64,000 nt of DNA from Eledone cirrhosa (lineage: Eukaryota): assembly GCA_964016885.1 (NCBI GenBank), contig OZ024741.1, positions 337,962,001 through 338,026,000 of the forward strand. Direction: 5' to 3'. The translations under genes were made by a program, and so were the position numbers. Within the stretch, counting starts at the first letter, position 1. Each line of letters starts with the position of its first letter. The notes under the pieces were generated by a model. That model worked only from the letters and a program-made list of their open reading frames with translations, was not told the DNA's origin and made no database searches. Positions 59,501 through 64,000 of this stretch are shown one piece after another.

Positions 59501-62500
59501 ACTCTTTTACTCTTTTACCTGTTTCAGCCATCCGGCTGAGGCCATGCTGGGGCACCGCCCTTGCTGCTACACACTTTATCTCCAGCCTGTATAGGTTGGC
59601 CACTGGTGTAGGAGGGAGTTTGTTGCTGCTGCCCTTAGGTTTCCCTCGTGTCTTGCTGTGGGCTCATCCGGGATCCTGGATAACAAGGTGTCGAGATGTT
59701 TCTTAAAGACATCCACCTCCACGTCATGCAAGTCTCGCAGATGCCTCGGCAGCCTGTTGAAGAGTTGAGGGCCCTTGAATCCCAGGCTATTGCAATACCT
59801 GCTCCTTATTCTAGATGTGGAAGACGGGACCTTTGGCACCACACAGTGACGTCCTGTTCGACGGTTGGTCCAGCTCCCAATGCCAAAGTTTGGTGCTAGT
59901 CCCTCCAGGATTTTCCACATGTAGATCACTGCGTATCTCTCCCGTCTTCGCTCCAAGGAGTAGAGGTTCAGTTCCTTCAGCCTCTCCCAGTAGCTTGTCT
60001 CCCTCATCTTGGCAATCCTCTTGGTGTAGCTTCGCTGGATTGCCTCAAGCTCTGTGGTTAGTTTGACACTATGGGGTGACCACAGCTGGGAGCAGTAGTC
60101 CAGGCGGCTTAGGACAAAAGTCCTCCACAGTGTCAACATGGTGTCTCGATCTCTTGTAAGGAAAGTCCTCAAGATCCAGCCAGCGAATCGTCTACATGCT
60201 GTCGCCACCTTCATGATGTGTGAAGAAAAAGATGCATCATCGCTCATGTCTATGCCCAGGTCTCGTATCGATTTGACACGGGGATATCGGTCCCTCCTGG
60301 TCCTGTGAAGCTGTGTTCCGCTATATTTGTGTTTGTGTTTGCAGGTTTGTATTGTAGGGCTTGGAATTTGCCAGCATTAAACTGCATGTTGTTTTCTTCC
60401 GCCCATCTGTATATGGCATCCAGATCCTGCTGTAAGAGGGCAGCGTCAGCCGGGTTTTTGATTGCCTGTGCTACCTTAGTGTCATCAGCATAGCTAGTGA
60501 GGAATGTTGTTGCATGCACCACAGAGGGCATGTCCGAGAGAGCCACCAAAAACAGTAGTGGTCCCAGGACTGTCCCCTGAGGCAACCCACTTGTTATCGG
60601 TGTTTCCCTCGAGAGGGCCCTATTTGCTGCGACTGCCTGGCTTCTGTCCCTTAAGAAGCCATGCAGCCACTCACCTACTTTTCCAGTTATGCCGAGTCCG
60701 TGTAGTTTGTGACATATCATTCCGTGGTCGACCTTGTCAAAGGCCTTCGCAAAGTCAAGATATATCACGTCTACATGTGAGCTGTCTAGTAGTTGTCTCA
60801 GTACCCAGTCGTAGTGATGTAGCAGCTGTGTAAGGCAGCTTCTTCCTGGGCGGAAGCCATGTTGCGTGCTAGTCAGGCGGTCATTTTCTTCGAGGAAAGT
60901 GATTAGTTTCTTTCTGACGACTCGCTCCATGACCTTACTGATATGCGACGTCAGGGAGACTGGCCTATAGTTCTTGGCCTCCGCTCTACTACCTCCTTTA
61001 TGGATAGGGCATATTGTGCCTTCTTTCAGCTCCCTGGGTAGTACACCGCTAGCCAAGGAGCTTCTGAAGAGCATCTTCAGTGGAGTTGCTAAGGCCCGCT
61101 TACATATTTTTAGGAGAACTGCTGGGAATCCATCAGGTCCAGCAGCCTAGTCTGTTCTAATTTCATCAATGGCGTACACCACATCCTCCTCCGTTATGTC
61201 TATGTGGTTGATGGTTGCCATTTCTTGATGTAGTGTTGTGGCATCAAAGAACTCCTCTGGCTTCGTTATTTGCATGTGCCTCAGTGGACATGTGAAGACA
61301 CTTTTGTACTGTTCGTTCAGTATTTCACATATCTCTTGGGGATTTTCGGTTAATGAACCGTCCGTGTGGAAGAGTGGTCCAATCTTGCAGTGTACTGAGG
61401 CAGTTTCTTTTGCAAATTTAAAGAAGGCCTTAGGGTTTGTTTTAATGTTTTCTATGGCCCTGTTCTCTTTCCTTACCCTCTCATTCTCATGTGAAAGCTT
61501 GAGTGCAATCTCGGTGTCAAGTAGTGCACGTTTCAAATAGGATTCCTTCTTGTTTTGGTTTTGTTGACTATTCAACTGGTTTGAGAGTTTAGTTCTACGT
61601 CTCATAAGGATTTTCCTATCTCTGGGAATAAGATTTTTGTGTCTGTTTGCCTCTTTCTCCGGGACACACTTTTTGCATATGGTGTGTATCGTTGTCATGA
61701 AGTGTTGAAATTGTGTGTTAGTGTCTTGTGTGGCGATGTTTGCACTCCATGTTTGCTTCCGGATTTCACTCTTAATCTTCTTCCAGTCAGCCCCGTAGAA
61801 GTTAAGGCTGGATAGCGTCCCGGAGCTTCTTGGTGGTTTTGTCTCTGTTGGTTCTCTTGGACCACATATCATTAGCTCTACCAAGTTATGATCCGAGAGA
61901 ATTGTTGGTGTCACCTTTACATTGTGGATGAGCACTTCGTTGTTTGTAAAACAGAGGTCCAGGACATTTTCGCCTCTTGTTGGGAGGAGTATTGCTTGCT
62001 CCATGAACAGCCTGTGTGTGAGGGCCAGCAGGGATTCCGTCTGTCTCTGTTCTATTGACGTCATTCCAGGGAGGAGGTGGCCCTCAGGCCATTTGACCTT
62101 TGGTAGGTTGAAGTCTCCCAGCAGTAGGATGTTGAGACCCTGGTCCAGTTTGTCAAGGACCTCTTCTATCCTACTTAGGCTATCCTCAAATTTACCCTCA
62201 TGACTGGGGGCATCGGGCGGCCGATATGTGACACATATTACCGTCTGTAGTTGCTTCATATGTATTATCAGTGTGTCACAGACTGAGTTTGAATGTGTCA
62301 ACAGTACAATTGGTGTGACATCTTCACGGATATACAGAGCAACCCCACCATGAGTTCTCTCCCTCCTGTCCGAACGAAATACAGTATATTTCGGTATATG
62401 TATTTCTGCATCTGCTATACTGCTTGTCAGGTGCGTTTCGGTTAGTGCCATGCATAGTGCTTGATTGCTTATGGCTAAGTCTCCCAGGTAGGAAATTTTA

Positions 62501-63352
62501 CTCATGTTGCTGAGTTTCACCAGGCCCCTGACATTCAGCAGCAGCACTGGTGTGACTTTTGGGGTGCCAGTAATGGCTGTCGGTATGACACCTGGTCTGG
62601 TGTCAGCGGCGGCCACTCTGGGTCCCTTAACTGCGGTGGTCTCGAGTGCTGGTGGGGATGACCCTGGCTCTGGAGACGATGCAGCCAGGTCAGCTGTCCC
62701 ACAATCTTCTCTGCCATCACTAAAAAATTTTTCTGATCTGCTGCTGCCATCTGTATCTCGTCGGCATATGCGTGCCTTCTCCTTGTTGGTGCAGCACGCG
62801 CGACATCAGCATACTTCTGGAGCGGCTTATTTCGGCTTAGGCTGGGGCATGTTGCGCGAGTATGATAGGCATAGTTCGTTTGAGACCTAGGGTGGGCGAA
62901 TCTGCATCCCATCCCTGTCTCTCCATGCCAGCATGTCCCGTTCTTGAAAAACTTGCACATTACTTGGGTTTTTTTGCTCCCAGTGTCTCGGTGCTTTCTG
63001 TTCTTTCTTTGAACAGTTGTCCACTGGTCCCTCTGCGCTTGGTTCTCCTTCGGAAGGTGATTTCGCTTTTCACCTTTGCCCTTAGCTTGTTGGTTGCCCG
63101 GCCTGCCCTCCCTGCCTGTAGCGGAGGGTATATCATTTTCTTTCAGGTCAGTGCTTGTGCTCTCCTCCTTTTCTTTTTCTTTTTTTTTCCTCTTCCTTTT
63201 CCCTCTCCTTCTCCTCATCCCTCCCTTCGGTTTTCTTCTCCCTGAGGACACGGCTTAGCATCGCCATATGAGGCGTAATGAGGACATACGCCTTCTCAAT
63301 TTCTTTTCTCTTTCTCTCTATCTGTACCAGGGTCCTCAGAAACCCATGGCTA
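59501..63352 (-). mobile_element. CR1/L2-group LINE, second copy of the 15683-18764 family, with partial ORF1
   Basis: ORF2 62616-59576 broken by a stop at 61147 and a frameshift at about 60270; ORF1 63352-62535 has CKFFKNGTCWHGETGMGCRFAH and a frameshift in the homopolymer run near 63180. Confidence 0.95.

Positions 63353-64000
<648 letters not shown>

Overview
Animal genomic DNA made almost entirely of repeats. The very high (TA)n content and the LINE families suggest a mollusc or cephalopod such as Octopus; this is inference. No host gene is recognisable, and the many IY-rich ORFs are artefacts of translating microsatellite. The (TA)n matrix holds three large CR1/L2-like LINE copies (one with an uninterrupted ORF2), two RTE-type LINEs, two families of GIY-YIG Penelope-like elements (PLEs) and a decayed IR-DR Tc1 transposon. 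Main result: most short non-coding islands between the TA tracts carry a type I hammerhead ribozyme (HHR). By eye I find about 12 distinct families and more than 35 copies. Several form head-to-tail arrays of about 310-590 bp units (retrozyme-like) or fold-back inversions. Most have a palindromic mini-helix III, and many have non-canonical cores: U3-A8, U.U or C.A at 10.1/11.1, or a branched stem II. Compensatory base changes between subfamilies support the folds. The window looks like a hotspot of PLEs and non-autonomous ribozyme retroelements targeting (TA)n. All structures were folded by eye, and activity is untested.
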